Shown here one piece after another: positions 35,489 to 52,573 of a DNA stretch of 64,000 nt. The stretch spans positions 14,384,001 to 14,448,000 of the forward strand of contig CP075493.1 of the NCBI GenBank assembly GCA_021613535.1, given 5' to 3'. Below the pieces are notes generated by a model. The model ran no database searches and had not been told where the DNA came from. It was given only the letters and a program-made list of their open reading frames with translations. Both the position numbers and the translations under genes were made by a program. This DNA is from Adineta vaga (taxonomy: Eukaryota > Animalia > Rotifera). Within the stretch, counting starts at the first letter, position 1; every line of letters starts with the position of its first letter.

Positions 35489-36680
35489 ATGGAAGGAGAA
35501 TATGTATCAAAAATAGTACTTGAATTACAACCAAGGTTTGATTTTCTCTTATCAAAAACTAACATAGTCTCTGTTTTTTATATTTAAAAAAAACAACAAC
35601 AGATCTCGTCGTGGTTATCGTCGTTTATTTGGAATACGTGAAAATTTCTATTTCAATGAAGATTTCTTTAACAAAGATCGATTTACTGAACAATTTCTTA
35701 AAGAATACAATAGAAAAGTACTTCGACGAGGACAACATGTAAAGAAAATTGATTTTAACTAACAAAGTTTCATCGTTCTTTTATTCTCTTTAGGTCAAAT
35801 GCAATAACTTGATTATCGCCGTTAAACAAATCAAAAGTAAAGAAAAACTTGAGATAAACTAATCCTATTTGCTTTATTCAGATGCTCCGAAAACATTTGA
35901 AGGAAATACTCAAGTTGAATATCGCCTAAAAGGTCTTCCATTGAAGTTAGTATACACATTAAAATAGAAACTTTACGTCTGAGGAAATAAAAGTAGCCTA
36001 CTTTGAGGAGATTAAAATAGACTATAGAATCAGAATGCATCGATGAACTAAAAACTTTTCTCTATTTAAATAGAAATAAACGAAATCGTTCCATTAATGA
36101 TGATAAAGGCAAATTAAATGAATCTTTTTTAACTGATATTTCCCACAAGAATGAAAAAGATTTCTCATCAAAAAGTCGTCAAAGTAGTATCGATATTGAT
36201 CAACAAGAAGTTTATTCGTAAGTATAACTAAAAAACAGAAGTTTTTTTCTTCGGATTAATTAAAAGATGAAATCAATTCAGATGCTATTGTTCGGAATGT
36301 AAAAATTGTTTATCAAATGGAGATTATTTAATCAAAACAACAAATTGGAAGCGACCAATACTTTGTTTATCTTGTTATAATCTTTATCATACGTATAAAT
36401 GTGTTCGATGTTTAGAACCAATTACATTCGATCGTAAGAAAATCCATTCAAATTTTCATTTCGAATTATGATTGAACTTATTATATTCTTTATAGCGAAT
36501 TCTGTCACTTCAGATGGTTTAGTTCGTATTCATTATGTTGAAGCAAATGATTTCTATTGGCATTCGGATTGTTGTGTTTGTGTGACTTGTTCACAATCAT
36601 TAATTGGCAAACAGTTTTATCAAGATGAATATTACGATCTACTTTTTTGTCTTGAACATGTTCCCGTTCAATATCTTTAA
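35489..36680 (+). CDS. LIM-domain protein (testin/prickle/FHL-like), multi-exon, apparent frameshift near 36325
   Basis: LIM C-x2-C..WH..C..C..C..FC..H (KCVRC...YWHSDCCVCVTC...LFCLEH); a partial preceding LIM; the 5' exon structure is less certain. Confidence 0.6.
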
Positions 36681-37007
36681 GAAAAAAAAAAGGTTTTCTT
36701 TTTTTCCTATAGAAATAAAACGACGATTTATATAAACAAACAGAAAATTTATTCCAAAAAAGAGAAATGCGTTGGTGTAAAGAAAAAATCGAATATTTAT
36801 AGAAGAATGATTACATTATACTTTTATATGACCTCTTTTTTCTCTCTCTCTGTTTCTTTTGTTCGAAAATTTCTCTAATTAAACAGGAAATATGTTCATT
36901 TACAAATAAAACATCACGTCAAGTTATTTTTTTATTATTCACGAACGATAATAAAGTAACGATATAGATTTACATTCGATTTTAACATTTTACTTAGAGA
37001 TTGATCA

Positions 37008-37250
37008 ATGGCAATTCAGTTCAACTTTTCAACCCATAAATTAATCATCCTTTTTGTTTTATTATCTATTTGTGGAATGTCGTCAAGTCGATTCGTTTGG
37101 GATTTTGGTTCTTATTGTTTGAATAAATGTGCCAAGGCAAGATTTCAATCAACACCCGTCAGCGTTTGTTCATGTCAATGGATTTCATCAAACTATCGTC
37201 GATCAATATTCGATAGAATTTCCAAACATGATCAATTTAAAATTAAATAA
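37008..37250 (+). CDS. Small secreted peptide precursor, CxxxC...CxC (paralog 1)
   Basis: Signal peptide, then RFVWDFGSYCLNKCAKARFQSTPVSVCSCQWISSNY-RR; conserved in the neighbouring paralog. Confidence 0.8.
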   Translation: MAIQFNFSTHKLIILFVLLSICGMSSSRFVWDFGSYCLNKCAKARFQSTPVSVCSCQWISSNYRRSIFDRISKHDQFKIK

Positions 37251-37730
37251 CAAAACCTTTTTCTTTTCATTCGAAAAATAAAGAAATATAACTAACTTTG
37301 ATTTGTATTCTGACATAAGATCGGTCATATCTTTTCTCAAGAATATTGAAATGACTGACTTTTATTTTATCATCAACGATCGACCATTGTTCGAGAAGAA
37401 AAATTAAGATGGAGATTCATCCATGGAAAGCGTTGGTGTTGAGAAAAGAATTTCTAAATGAATGATTTTATTAGATTTATCATCGTCATGTTCTCTTTGA
37501 CGTCTAATTAACATGAGCCGGATATACCTTTTTTTTCGAATATTTTTAACAGAAAGAAACAAAGTTTTAATTGAAAATGAACACCATTGGCGTCATACTC
37601 TGTCTTACGTACGCCTTTTTTGTCAGAGATAAAAAAAGAAAAAATTCAATGCACTTGCTTCAAAGATCATTTGTAGAAAATTTGTCGTGTTATCAAGTTC
37701 ATCTTTTTTTTCCTATTTTAGAACGATTCA

Positions 37731-37982
37731 ATGGATTATTTCTCTAAATCATCGTGGAATAAAATTATTTTAATTCTTCTCTTTATTTCCTTATGTCAAA
37801 TATGTGACAGTCGTTTCGTTTGGGATTTTGGTTCATTTTGTTTCAGTTATTGTGCAAAAATGAAATATCGTCCAAGTCCTGTTAGTATTTGTTCATGTCA
37901 ATGGATTTCATCGAATCATCGACGAGGTTTATTCGAAAGATTTTTATTGAAGAATAACAATGACATTTTTCGAATTAAATAA
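37731..37982 (+). CDS. Small secreted peptide precursor, CxxxC...CxC (paralog 2)
   Basis: Signal peptide, then RFVWDFGSFCFSYCAKMKYRPSPVSICSCQWISSNH-RR. Confidence 0.8.
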   Translation: MDYFSKSSWNKIILILLFISLCQICDSRFVWDFGSFCFSYCAKMKYRPSPVSICSCQWISSNHRRGLFERFLLKNNNDIFRIK

Positions 37983-39349
37983 TATTTTCATCTATTGAAA
38001 TGAATTATTGTTTATTTCAAAATAAAATAATTGAAGATTTCAATCGAAACGAAGAAAAAAGTTGAAAAATTTGTCTTTCATTCAATGTATAAGTGAACGT
38101 ATGTGGATGTGGTTGAATGATTATTATCGTTTCATTTCATTTCATTTGTTTTGGTTTTACTTCAATTCATTTCGATCTGACTGTTAGCGTATCATTAGGG
38201 GCATCTTTTTCCGAGCAAGTAATAAACTTTGAAAGGGAAAGAGGAAATTTCTTCAAGCGAACAGCAAATACATGTACGTTGACATTATATCGAAAAGTTC
38301 AAAAATTCAACTATATAATATGTGTCTCAAAAGTGCCAAAAAATTTTTCAAAGAAAATAAATAACTCTGACAATCCAAGAATATTTCTGTTACTATCGAA
38401 GAAAGAAATCGATTAATTTCGTGGTAAAAATCCCATAAATATGTGCATCTTTTCATTGCCGTAGAGAAGCACGGAATGTTTTTGTGTTTATACAAGAGAA
38501 TGAACATGTAAGTCATGTCACAATTCTTTGAATCATAAATGTGCACTGCATCACTTGCTGTGTTTCAATGCATCCACTAATTAGATTCAATTGAAGGGAT
38601 ATGGGTACAAAGCAGAGAAGGATACCCGTACCTTTGCAAACAATGAGTAAATTTCAATGGATTTTTTACATACTTTGTTACTTGCATTCTTTTCTTATAT
38701 ATAAGCGATCCTAGAAATCGAATCTTGCTTAAACTGATTTTTATAATTTGTTTTTTCATAGAAGTCAATTTATTTCAATTACATTATTGGTTCTTTGTGG
38801 ATTTCTCTATTCTAATTATTTGTGTATTAATGATTAAATACTTTTCAATTAATCAATCGTTATTAAAATTTTATTGTCTATTCATATAGATATATGATTA
38901 TGCGAGTATATGTTGTTATGAAAAAAACAAGATCTAATAAATTAGAGAATAAAATACCGTAAATTAAATCGATTAATATTTAAGTATTATTCTTCTTACT
39001 ATATTATAATAATGGCTCGATGCTCATGCAACTATTCAACCAAAATTAACCTCTAAACAGCATTTGCATTAATTTTATTAACTGGACTACGTTTAATCAT
39101 CTCATTTATAAGTATGATTGTATGAAATCACTACAAAGTTCTTGATTATTTTACTATCGGAAAATTATAAAAAAAGAAATTACAAATACCAATGAACAAA
39201 CAATCCGACATGTTCATCAAAGTAAGAAAATTAAATGAAAAACAAAAACATGAGCAAAAGAATTATAATAATGTACGATAGAAGATGTAGGTGTAAGTTA
39301 AGAAAACTTATACGAAAAAAGTTTATTTCGATAATTATGATACTCTCAC

Positions 39350-39525
39350 CCATGCTGGTATCCATCTAAGAACATATCTTTCATTGGTGGTAGATGTGGA
39401 TGATGGACATCTATCACAGCAAGCACTTATGCCGATGCAACACAATCCTAGACCAATTATATCACTTATAGCAATTAGATTTCCTGCCGCTATGTTGGAG
39501 AAACGACTCACACTCTCGATGTACC
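39350..39525 (-). other. Probable isolated exon of a small membrane protein or gene remnant
   Basis: AG/GT-bounded open frame YIESVSRFSNIAAGNLIAISDIIGLGLCCIGISACCDRCP...RWIPAW; other exons not resolved. Confidence 0.35.
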
Positions 39526-40610
39526 TAGAAAATATAAAAAATTATCAAATTATGATAGAAATAAAGAAGTTATTTTACTGTTACTTTTTGACGAAAAGTC
39601 GTTAACATTTTCTTCTCTTACTTCAACAGCAAATTTCTTTATCATAAAAAAATTATTGACTTTATTATTCTGATAAAAATGTAACTTTTATTATTTTTCT
39701 ATAATACTAAAAAGTGAGTAGGTATGGATGAGGAGAGATATTTGATATCTTCTCCCATATCATCCCATCAGAATTCATAGGTTTCTGCAGACGGATTCGA
39801 TGCATGTGCGTAAGGCTATAATATAAAGTACCTAAAAACACTGCTCATCAAATTTGCAGCAATTGACATTTTGCCGATCGAATTCTATTGGTTTATGTAG
39901 GAAAAGATCTAAATCTGCAAACCTAGATTAATAATTAAGTGATTAATATCCATTTTTGGAAAAGAGGCGCTTGAGAGGAATGCTGATAACTTTAGAAGAA
40001 AACGTGATGAAGACTTGAGGCTTTCACTGTTCAAGAGAGGAGATCACGGGACGTTAAACGATGTATTCAAGCTTATCTAAACATCTTATCTTATGGTTTT
40101 GTGTTAATTTTTTTTTTTAAACAACGTGTTCATGAGCTGAAAAATTAACATGGAGCTATTAGTAATATCACTATATAACTTTTGATCGGTAAAAATATAT
40201 TTGTGAATGTATGAACAAACAATATTCAAAAAATAAACTAATTTTTTCTTTCGATTTGAATAGAAATACATATATTTGACGAGTCATTACTTCATCTATT
40301 ATAAAAAGTTTGATATTGAACAGTTAAACTATTAATTTAATGAAATAAAAAAATGATAAATATAATCAGATGTTCATTAATTATAATTATCTAATTTTTG
40401 TATTTATATGATATTTCATATTTATCTTAGAAATAAAAAAACGGAAATGTATAAATCATTTATAAACTAATGGCTTATAAGAATATTTTATGATATTCTA
40501 AAAGCAAAAAATGAAAAGCATATTTATCTTTACTTATGAACAAAGGAAGTTTCATAATATTACAAAAAGCTTACCGTAATATAAAACAAAATATATTCCA
40601 TTAGTAAAAC

Positions 40611-40907
40611 ATGTTACTTCTATATCTATTCACTTTTTTTGAATTATTTCAAATGATCAATGTTCATTATATAATGTATCATTCATCAAATTATTTCTCA
40701 TCTTCATTTGATTGTCTTTATGCTATTTGGAATATAGACAAACATTTCCCATCTAATGCACCTTGTATTCATAATTATTATTTAATTCCTTATTGTCGAA
40801 GACCAAATAAAGAAGATGATGAACAATTGATGTATACAATCGATGAAACTATTTCAACAAAGATTAGTTTTAAAGAATTAAAACAAAAGAACATAGATGT
40901 CGTATAA
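40611..40907 (+). pseudogene. N-terminal remnant of a large secreted/receptor gene
   Basis: Signal-like start, then DCLY...YLIPYCRRP...ISFKELKQKNI and an abrupt stop; resembles N-termini of rotifer LDLa/EGF/GPCR proteins (from recall). Confidence 0.45.
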
Positions 40908-40999
40908 ATTCATTGATAAAAAAAAACTTAGAAATCTATTTAATTGACTATTTGTTGAAGAGTATAATAAAATATTTCGTAATATATTTCCTGAATTGG

Positions 41000-42060
41000 A
41001 TAAAATAGATGATAACAGTGATATGCTTAATGAAATTCTCCATTTTATCTGAATGCATTGAAAAAATTCATGAAAATTTTATGTAAACTTGTCGATATTG
41101 TAATGAAACATTTCATCTTTTGTTTAAATCTGAACCAATTGGTTCTATTTGTGTTTTTTTCTGCTTTACTTGTACTAATTTAGTTCATAATTTATCTTTG
41201 AAAGACATCTTAAAATTTGATTCATCATAACAGACCAATATTGACATGTGAGCTATAGAGTTTTAGTTTCAAAGAACTTATAGTTACTTTCGTTTCGATT
41301 GTTTGAATAATCGTTTATTTTAAAAGTCAATAAACTGTACGTTTGACAATCTTTCAAGTCTATTGTAGGAAATTCAATTTTATCATTTAACTTCTTTGTA
41401 CATGAGAGTGTAATTATCAACTATCAATGGGCAAATTTGATTCAATTGACTTTGAATTCGAAGAGTATGGATTAGGAGTTTAAATTCAACGAAATCTTCT
41501 CATTTCAATCGTCATGGTGGTTAAATGAATTGAAAGCTTTCATTACAATACAAGAATTTTTTCTAAAAATATTCAATAATTCAACTTCATATCAATTGGA
41601 TTTGATAATTAATTCTCAACTTTTTTAGTTTTTTTATTACAGAAATGAAACTTACTTTAGGTAAATTCAATCAACTTGACAAATTTCTACTCAAAGATGA
41701 TATTAATCGACCTTATTTTTCTCATTTGAAACGTTTGACATTGAATGGACATATTTCAATGCATGTTTTCAATAAAATTCGAAATAATATTGATATGAAA
41801 TTAATTGAACACTTGGAAATTTTGTCAAAATCGAATACTTTACCTGGATATTCAGATTTGATTACGACGATGAAATCTCTTTCATATCTTTGTATTCACT
41901 TTAATTCATTTACCACTCGTATCTATTCGATATCTTGTATTAGTTGATGATGATGATGATGATGATGAAGGTAAACAAAGCACATGTATTTTCTCTCAAC
42001 TCGGTCGTGTATATCCTCGTTTGACTTATTTATCAATCAAATATCCTATACTGAATGATT
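41000..42060 (+). pseudogene. Degraded F-box/LRR-like gene remnant
   Basis: Fragments INYQWANLI, FQSSWWL, RPYFSHLKRLTL, RVYPRLTYLSI in broken frames. Confidence 0.4.
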
Positions 42061-42228
42061 TTTCGACTAATAAATAATTAAAGTTTTGATACATACTGAT
42101 ACATTCATCTCCCCGCATTCTCACATTATTTAGAGAAAAAAAACTTAAAAATAAATCACCATTGTATATATAATTTGTTAAGTGTTCAACTAAAAATGTA
42201 TTTGATCCCTGACATAATGTTTAATTTA

Positions 42229-44489
42229 TTAAGTATAAATACCAATTGGAGAAATATTGTCAAAGACACGACGGACAAAATCGTAGTCGTCTTCGGATGG
42301 TGCCGAAATCATTTGACGAGTGGAAAGGTAATTTAGAATATCACTGTAAGAACCGGGTCGCTCTTCCGCTACATTCTGCAATCTGAAAGACAAACTGCTG
42401 CTTACAGTGACTGATCATATAGATCTACTTACAAGTGCAAAACAAGTTTTTGCATCGGAGAAGAAACAGTTTCTGGAACTACTCGATCCCAACAGAGAAG
42501 TCTATCAAACGAGGGTTCATCACTTTGTGTCCAGTCGGCATGCGGATGTTTACCAACGATAATTTCGAGCAAACTAATACCCAATGCCCACATATCATTC
42601 TGAGTGGCTTGTTGTTCGTAGATAGGTGGTATATAAGAGACAGAACCTTTAAGTAATTCTGGTTTTAACATACTGCAACAGATATTGAAATCACATAATT
42701 TAACTACAATATTATCTTTCTTAATAAGCATATTTGCCGGTTTGACATCTCGATGAAGGATTTGTTTTGTTTCCAAAAATTGAAGTCCAGAAGTAATCTG
42801 TATAGAAAAATACGAATGATTTCAAATCAATATAAACGTATATTGACATTCAGGTTTGAGAATATACGTATATGCGCGTGGTTCTGCTCTACAACTCATT
42901 ATACTAAAGCTTAGAAGCATTCTTACATTATGGGTAACACGACGGATCACGAACTCGAGTTCCGCATTAGTAGTTCCATCCCCATCTGGTGAATGCATAG
43001 CTACATAGAAATCTTTCATTGATGCATCCATCAGTTCCATCCAAATGCACAGATGATCGGTTGTCTTCGTAGCAAATACAATAAAATACAGATATTTCAT
43101 ATGTATACTGTATCAATACGTACAGAATTAATCATGGCACCATAATAGTCAATAATATATGGATGATTACTGGAACTGATAGTTTGCAATATTTCCAGTT
43201 CGTTATTCGCGGATGAATGCCCATCTTTGTCCCTTTTGCGTGCTATACACTAAGAAGTAATAATATTTCATTAAATAATACAGTCGAATCATTCTTAATT
43301 CTTCTTCTTTTGATTGACAATACAGAGAAAATAATGGATGTAAACTTCAAAAATAGGAATGAGCTATGCTTCTAGGTAATAATTGCTTTGATAACAAGGA
43401 TGTTTTCATTCAGAAACTATACGTACTTTAACGGCCGTCGGGATAATTTCTTTTTGCTCATCAAGAATGACGGCATGAACGACGCCAAAGTTTCCATAGC
43501 CGAGTATCTGAGCATTACGTAAATTATCGACATTGACCGGAATATTTTGTCCGTAGTAATTTAGTTCCGTTGAGTTTATGCTTACTGATGGCCTATAAAC
43601 AAAACTGAGAAAAGATTGGTAAGTAGAAAATATCATTTTACGAGTTTTCTTCGGGCTCATCGTTCACAATAATATGAAAGGTTAATCCAAGACGTGATCC
43701 CGATGCTAAAAGAAAACCATTCAAATTAGTTGAGATTAAAGTTCAAAATTGAATATAATGGAAAGGCAACTTTTTTATATCCGACTCTAATCGGTCTTTG
43801 GAGAATGTGAGATACTCGAATTGCTTTAGCAGAATATCTTGAACTGAACAAGCTTTCTAGAAATAGTTTCTATTCCAGTATATACATTCTGTAGCTAATT
43901 ATTATCGAATGAATAAGAATCAATAAATTCCTGTATAGAGTTATATGTTAGCCCTGAAATCTTCATACTTCTTTTGAAATTGTTTTTCTTTTTATTTATT
44001 GTAGTTGGTTCTATCGGTACTAGAATTTGGGCTTCGATAGTGCTATTAAATTCCCGTTCATTTGTGGTGTGTCGAAAGCCCTCTTCCGCAATGTTAATCC
44101 TCTGTTCGACAACTCCATCTAAATCAGACAAAACAAATTATGTCTTGGTTTTCTTGAGAAAAATTTATCCAGAATTCACCGAAATTATGCGATTGCATCG
44201 TATGGAAATTGTCATCAGATCTAGTTGCTATTCCAACGATAGGTCTGACCATTCCAGTATCTATATTATCAATTGACTGGGACATTGATGAATTTAGCGT
44301 AGCTATAAGTATAGGATATAGATAAACAGAAATAATCATAAAGAACTTACGAGAGCCCTCCGTTTGGTCAGGCACCGATTCTGTGACTGATGTTTGAATT
44401 TCGTCATCAGCATCGAAAACTTGAGACTGCGTTGGTTGAGTATTAGTGCTGCTTTCGTCAAATGACTGCTGTTGATGTGACGAATTCAT
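42229..44489 (-). CDS. Divergent MAP kinase kinase (MKK3/4/6/7-like), about 8 exons
   Basis: LGYGNFGVV, AVK, HPYIIDYYGAM, IWMELMDAS, LHRDVKPANMLI, VKLCDFN, DMWALGISLLEI and EERP in spliced frame; stop at 42229. Confidence 0.82.
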
Positions 44490-45004
44490 TGATTCAGTTT
44501 ACGAAACTATTTCTATTTAATTTTAGAAAGATTTATTTTAACCTAGTCCACATCTAGAATTTGCGAACAGTTTTATATACTATTGTTTCATTCGTTACCG
44601 TGGGTTATCAACGAAAAAATACGTTATTCGTAATATAGATTGTTTTTCTCTACAGCAGACAATCGATGTCGGTACGCTTCATACATAAATCAAGATGAGA
44701 AATGATTTGTTACTTTATTACACCAAGTATATTTATTGTTAATAGACATGCAAGATGTCGCATTCATGTAGCGAGTATACTCAGAGCAAAAAAAGAAGAG
44801 ATTCCTACTCTCGCACTTACATACTCAATATGTATTTTTATACCTAATCAACATCTATATGCGTATTATTTATTAAAAAAATTAAAATCACAACTGAAAA
44901 CGATTACTAGTCAATAGTACGAAGAGTATCATTCTCTCTTTTACTACCAATCTAATGTGATCCATTCAATTGTTTGACTTGTTTGTTCACTTAACATATT
45001 CAAA

Positions 45005-48410
<3,406 letters not shown>

Positions 48411-49394
48411 TTGATTCACGTTAATACTGATCTAAAATGAGATCTTCTCTACACAATTGTAAAGTAATCGTACTGATGAAAAATGGGCTCCACTAGATTT
48501 TGTTGTCATCCAACATATACAACAAGTATAAGATAACCGATGGACTCTTTGGTCGCTTATCTCTACTGCTTGAAAAAACAAGACAAGGGGATGGTTCGAT
48601 TTATTCGTATAACACGGTGTTTATTATAATATGAGGTGAAGAAAGAAAGAAAGAAAATTTTGAGATAATATAATGCCTTGATATAAATAGTATATTGCAC
48701 TTTTTCTAAAGTAAAAATACAACAAAAAACGACATACACGAGTATCATGTAGAATAAAATGTTGAAGTTTCTCCATAAGAATCTATTTTTGCGACCACTC
48801 GCGTAATTATCTGCGTTCGTATGTTGGGTAGGCAATAAAATATTTGCTGATAAATACATTTGTAAAGAAAAATCGAAAAGATATCTCACATATTTGATTG
48901 TCAACACCATAGGTGAAATCATCAGTAAATATAAATGACAATGGATACATCAATCCACACATGTCTCGTTATACGCCTTGGCGGAGATATTCTCCAAAAT
49001 GGTTCAGTAAAACTTTCGCGACGGGGTTCGGCATAACAAGTATAATTTGGAAAAGTAAATGTTGTTGGATTTATAACAGGGAATGAAAATTCACTCGACC
49101 TGTAGTGCAGCTATGACTACAATTATTTTATGAAGAATTCTAATTTGATCACTTCTGATTCTTTGCTTATGTTGATTGATGAATTTATTTTTGAGAAAAA
49201 AATTAATCAGAACTTCAGAAAGTATATTGCGTTTTCTAATCTGACAATGTATAGACGGTGACCAAGTTGAAGATGTTTTGAGTGATCCTTGCAATTGAGA
49301 ACCATAAATCATAAGATGCTTTGGATTCTTTTCCTTGCATATGATCAAAACATTCACATAGAGTACTATTTTAGTCAACCGCTTTTATAAAATC

Positions 49395-50120
49395 ACTAGC
49401 GGAGATACCCGCTGCAAAAACGACACAATTTACGTTTTTCATCTACAGCAGTGCTTTTCTTATCACCCACAGGACCTCTCCGTTCGTATTTATCTGTCGT
49501 GTATCAAAAAATCCTCACACCCTCCTTTTCCGCCCTGACTTAGTTAGTGTAATCTTTCAGGTCGTCACTCAGCATACGTTACCTGTCTTCCACACGTCTT
49601 TCTCCTCCGTACTGAGATCCTTCCTATATCCCTTTTGGCGTCATGCACCAGGTCTTTTTTTCAAAACTTCGTATCTCTTCATTCGTTCTTTCCTACTGAT
49701 CTTGTCTCGCTATGCATACGATATACAGCTCTGCTCCTTTTAAATCCACTCCTACTGTCCCGCTGCAAGTCATTCTTTACTTTATAAACTTCACTTCTAC
49801 TCTATACAGGTAGAGTAGTTATTTCGCTCCAGATTCAGTTTTTTTGAGAACCCAACCCACGCTTTGTAGTTGTCTATCCTAGATGCAGACACCCACACAT
49901 ACCCCCATTTCTATATGCCATCTTGAGAGCGAAATTTCACACACGCCGCCACCCCGTCCCTTGATGGCCATTCTAACCCCTTGTCGACCTTCCTCTGGAT
50001 CGAGAGAAGCATTGTGGAAAGTTTGGTGACGTTAGCTGTTCCAGGGAACGTACGCATAACGAACAAACTTTCTTCTTTATATATATATATACATAGATAG
50101 ATAGATAGATAGATATAGAT
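49395..50120 (+). mobile_element. Non-autonomous rolling-circle-like (Lep1/DINE-1/HINE-like) repeat
   Basis: Starts ACTAGCGGAGATACCCGC and ends ...aacaaactttt..tatatata(gata)n-tagat; its 3' ~200 bp recur at 50450-50706 and 55640-55878. Confidence 0.55.
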
Positions 50121-50220
50121 TAAAGAACCTTTAATTGTCACATTTATTGCAAGAAATAAATAGTCTCAAATAAAAAAACCTCAAAACTGGAGCACATTCT
50201 GTAAGTTTCTACCAAAATAA

Positions 50221-50706
50221 CGACAATTGAAATTCAATACGACTTGGGTGAAATTTCACCCAGACACCGATTCCCACCCTCAAATCAATATATTTTGATA
50301 CGGAACGTGTAAATTATCGTAGATGTGCGCTCAGACGGCCTGCGGCCGCCTTCGCTATCAATTATTTAAAGTTTTTGAAATGCTGTAATCCTATTGGTCA
50401 GTTTCATAGATTGCCCGTAGGAAGCGTAGAATTCTTTTTTTTTAAAACAAAGTAAATGTCGACCTTCCCGTGGGCCTAGAGAAGCATTGTGGAAAGTTTG
50501 GGAATGTTAGCTATCATTGAACTGCCTGGGTGAAATTTCACCCACGCTCCCCACCCTCACCCCCTGATGACCATTCTAACCCTATGTCGACCTTTCCTAG
50601 GACCTAAGGAAGCATCGTAGAAAGTTTGGTGACGATAGCTATTACAGGGACTGAATGCATAGCGAACAAACAGACAGACAAACTTTCATTTTTATATATA
50701 TAGATT
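50221..50706 (+). repeat. Second copy of the same dispersed repeat family, with an internal tandem unit
   Basis: Unit gtcgacctt..gagaagcat.gt.gaaagtttgg.ga.g.tagct occurs twice; palindrome tgggtgaaatttcaccca occurs twice; ends cagacagacaaactttc..tatatatagatt. Confidence 0.7.
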
Positions 50707-50843
50707 CAAGACAAACAATGATAAATGTCATGCGAAGTATGATGAAGAAACTTTAAATGATAGTCATAAAGTTCTTGAAGATTTATTGAAATATTTCCGA
50801 TGTTAATATAAAGAATAACAATAAAATGATGATGTCATAAAAG

Positions 50844-52090
50844 TTAAAAGAAAACAGTAATTCGTGGATTTGTTGCAAAAATTGCTTTCAAACGTGCGAC
50901 TTCAGCTGGTGTTATTGGATTTCTTTCCAAAGATAAAAATCGTAATTTCTCCATTTTTACTAACACTTCGGCGGGTACAGTAGTTAACTTATTATTATAT
51001 AAAGTGAGTGATTCTAAACTATTCGATAGAGAGGTGACTGTTTCTGGCAGAGTTGTAATATTATTAGATCCCAAAAATAGAATTTTAAGAGGAGGTCTCA
51101 TTTGAAAAAGTGTTGACACATCAGCAATCAAATTATTACTCATATATAAAGTTGATAAGTTCTTATTTAGTAGAATTTGACTTGGAATTTCTCGGAATTG
51201 GTTAAGATTGAAAGAAAGTTTGTCGAAGTTTTTCGAAAAGTTCTGAGGTAAAGAAGAGAGTTCATTATTATCTAAATTGAGTTGACGTAATGCAGTGAGC
51301 TGTGTAAACTCCCAGGGAAATTCTTTTAATTTATCTGCATAAACAGTCAAACTAACTAATTGTGTTAAAGCTAAAAACTGATCTAAAGATGATAGATGTG
51401 TAATGTCAATCGTTAAACTTCTTAGTGAAGGATTCAAACGTTTGAAAAAATCCTCTGGAATCGAAGAATAAGTACTACGACGAAACAAGATCAGAGTTTC
51501 TAAAGGTATAAGAACAAGAAATCCCGGAATATTTTCTAAAGGCGCATCTACAAACAAATATTGAAGTTTGCGCAAGATACCAAAATAACCTGGTAAAGCT
51601 GTTATTTCATCTGCTTTGAATGTCATTGATTGTAACATTTTCAATTGACCAATTCCTGCTGTCATTCTGTTTCCAGCGATATTTAAATTTAATTTTGTTA
51701 AATTTGTCAATTCACTAATTTCTACTGGCACGGGCCATGCAGTTCTACTGTGAATTTCTAGACTTCGAAGATGTATCAGACAATACACTTGTAAAGATTC
51801 AGTTGTGTAAGTTAAATAGAGAGAAGTAACTTGCTTTTGTTGATTAATCCATGCACAATCAGAAGTTGGACAAGCATGTCCTTCATTGACCACAGATACT
51901 TTCGAAGGTAATGACTTAATTACGTCAAGATCATTGGAATATGGCCGACAACTTACAGGAGTTGGATCCACACTTGCAACACTTTCTCCTAAAATAATGA
52001 TAAGAACATGAAAGATAAAATATTTCTCTCTATCTTAACACCTTCAATTTGATAAACCAATAGTAATATCGCTAACACAATTTTTATCAT
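50844..52090 (-). CDS. Secreted leucine-rich repeat protein
   Basis: Signal exon 52090-52042 (MIKIVLAILLLVYQIEG), intron 52041-51989, about 12 LxxLxLxxNxL repeats, no TM segment. Confidence 0.88.
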
Positions 52091-52573
52091 GATTTTATTT
52101 TTTAGTAGAATGGTACTTACAGATTACTGCATCTTTATTTTTATAGGAACGTGAGAAGTGCTTGTTATTGATGCTATTAATTGATAAATACAATCTCTTG
52201 GATTAGTCATTTGATATACTATTCAATTATTTTTCTTTCATCATGAAACAATATTTATGTGACGAAGCTAAATATCTTGTAGATGCGAAGAAAAAGAAGT
52301 CGAAAATATCATCAGATTTCTCAATGATTTATAGTCACGTCGTATTTATATTTCACATTAAATATGTTACCTTTTTCTCGATAGGCAAATCAGATAGATA
52401 AAAAGAAAAAGAAAAACAACAACAAATGTCGACCTTGTATAAGTAATAAATGAATCATGTGACAAAAACAAAAACAAACTATAATACATTGATAATTATA
52501 CACATCAAATGTATTTCTGATCATTTGATTGAAGGTAAGTAAAAGGATCTTTTACTCTTATTCACACAAGATT

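Noticed and set aside
36320-36332. LIM gene frameshift as biological recoding
   Set aside because: It falls in a T homopolymer, so sequencing error or a simple mutation is more parsimonious.
38190-38800. Possible MITE or coding region
   Set aside because: I could not identify convincing terminal repeats or protein motifs.
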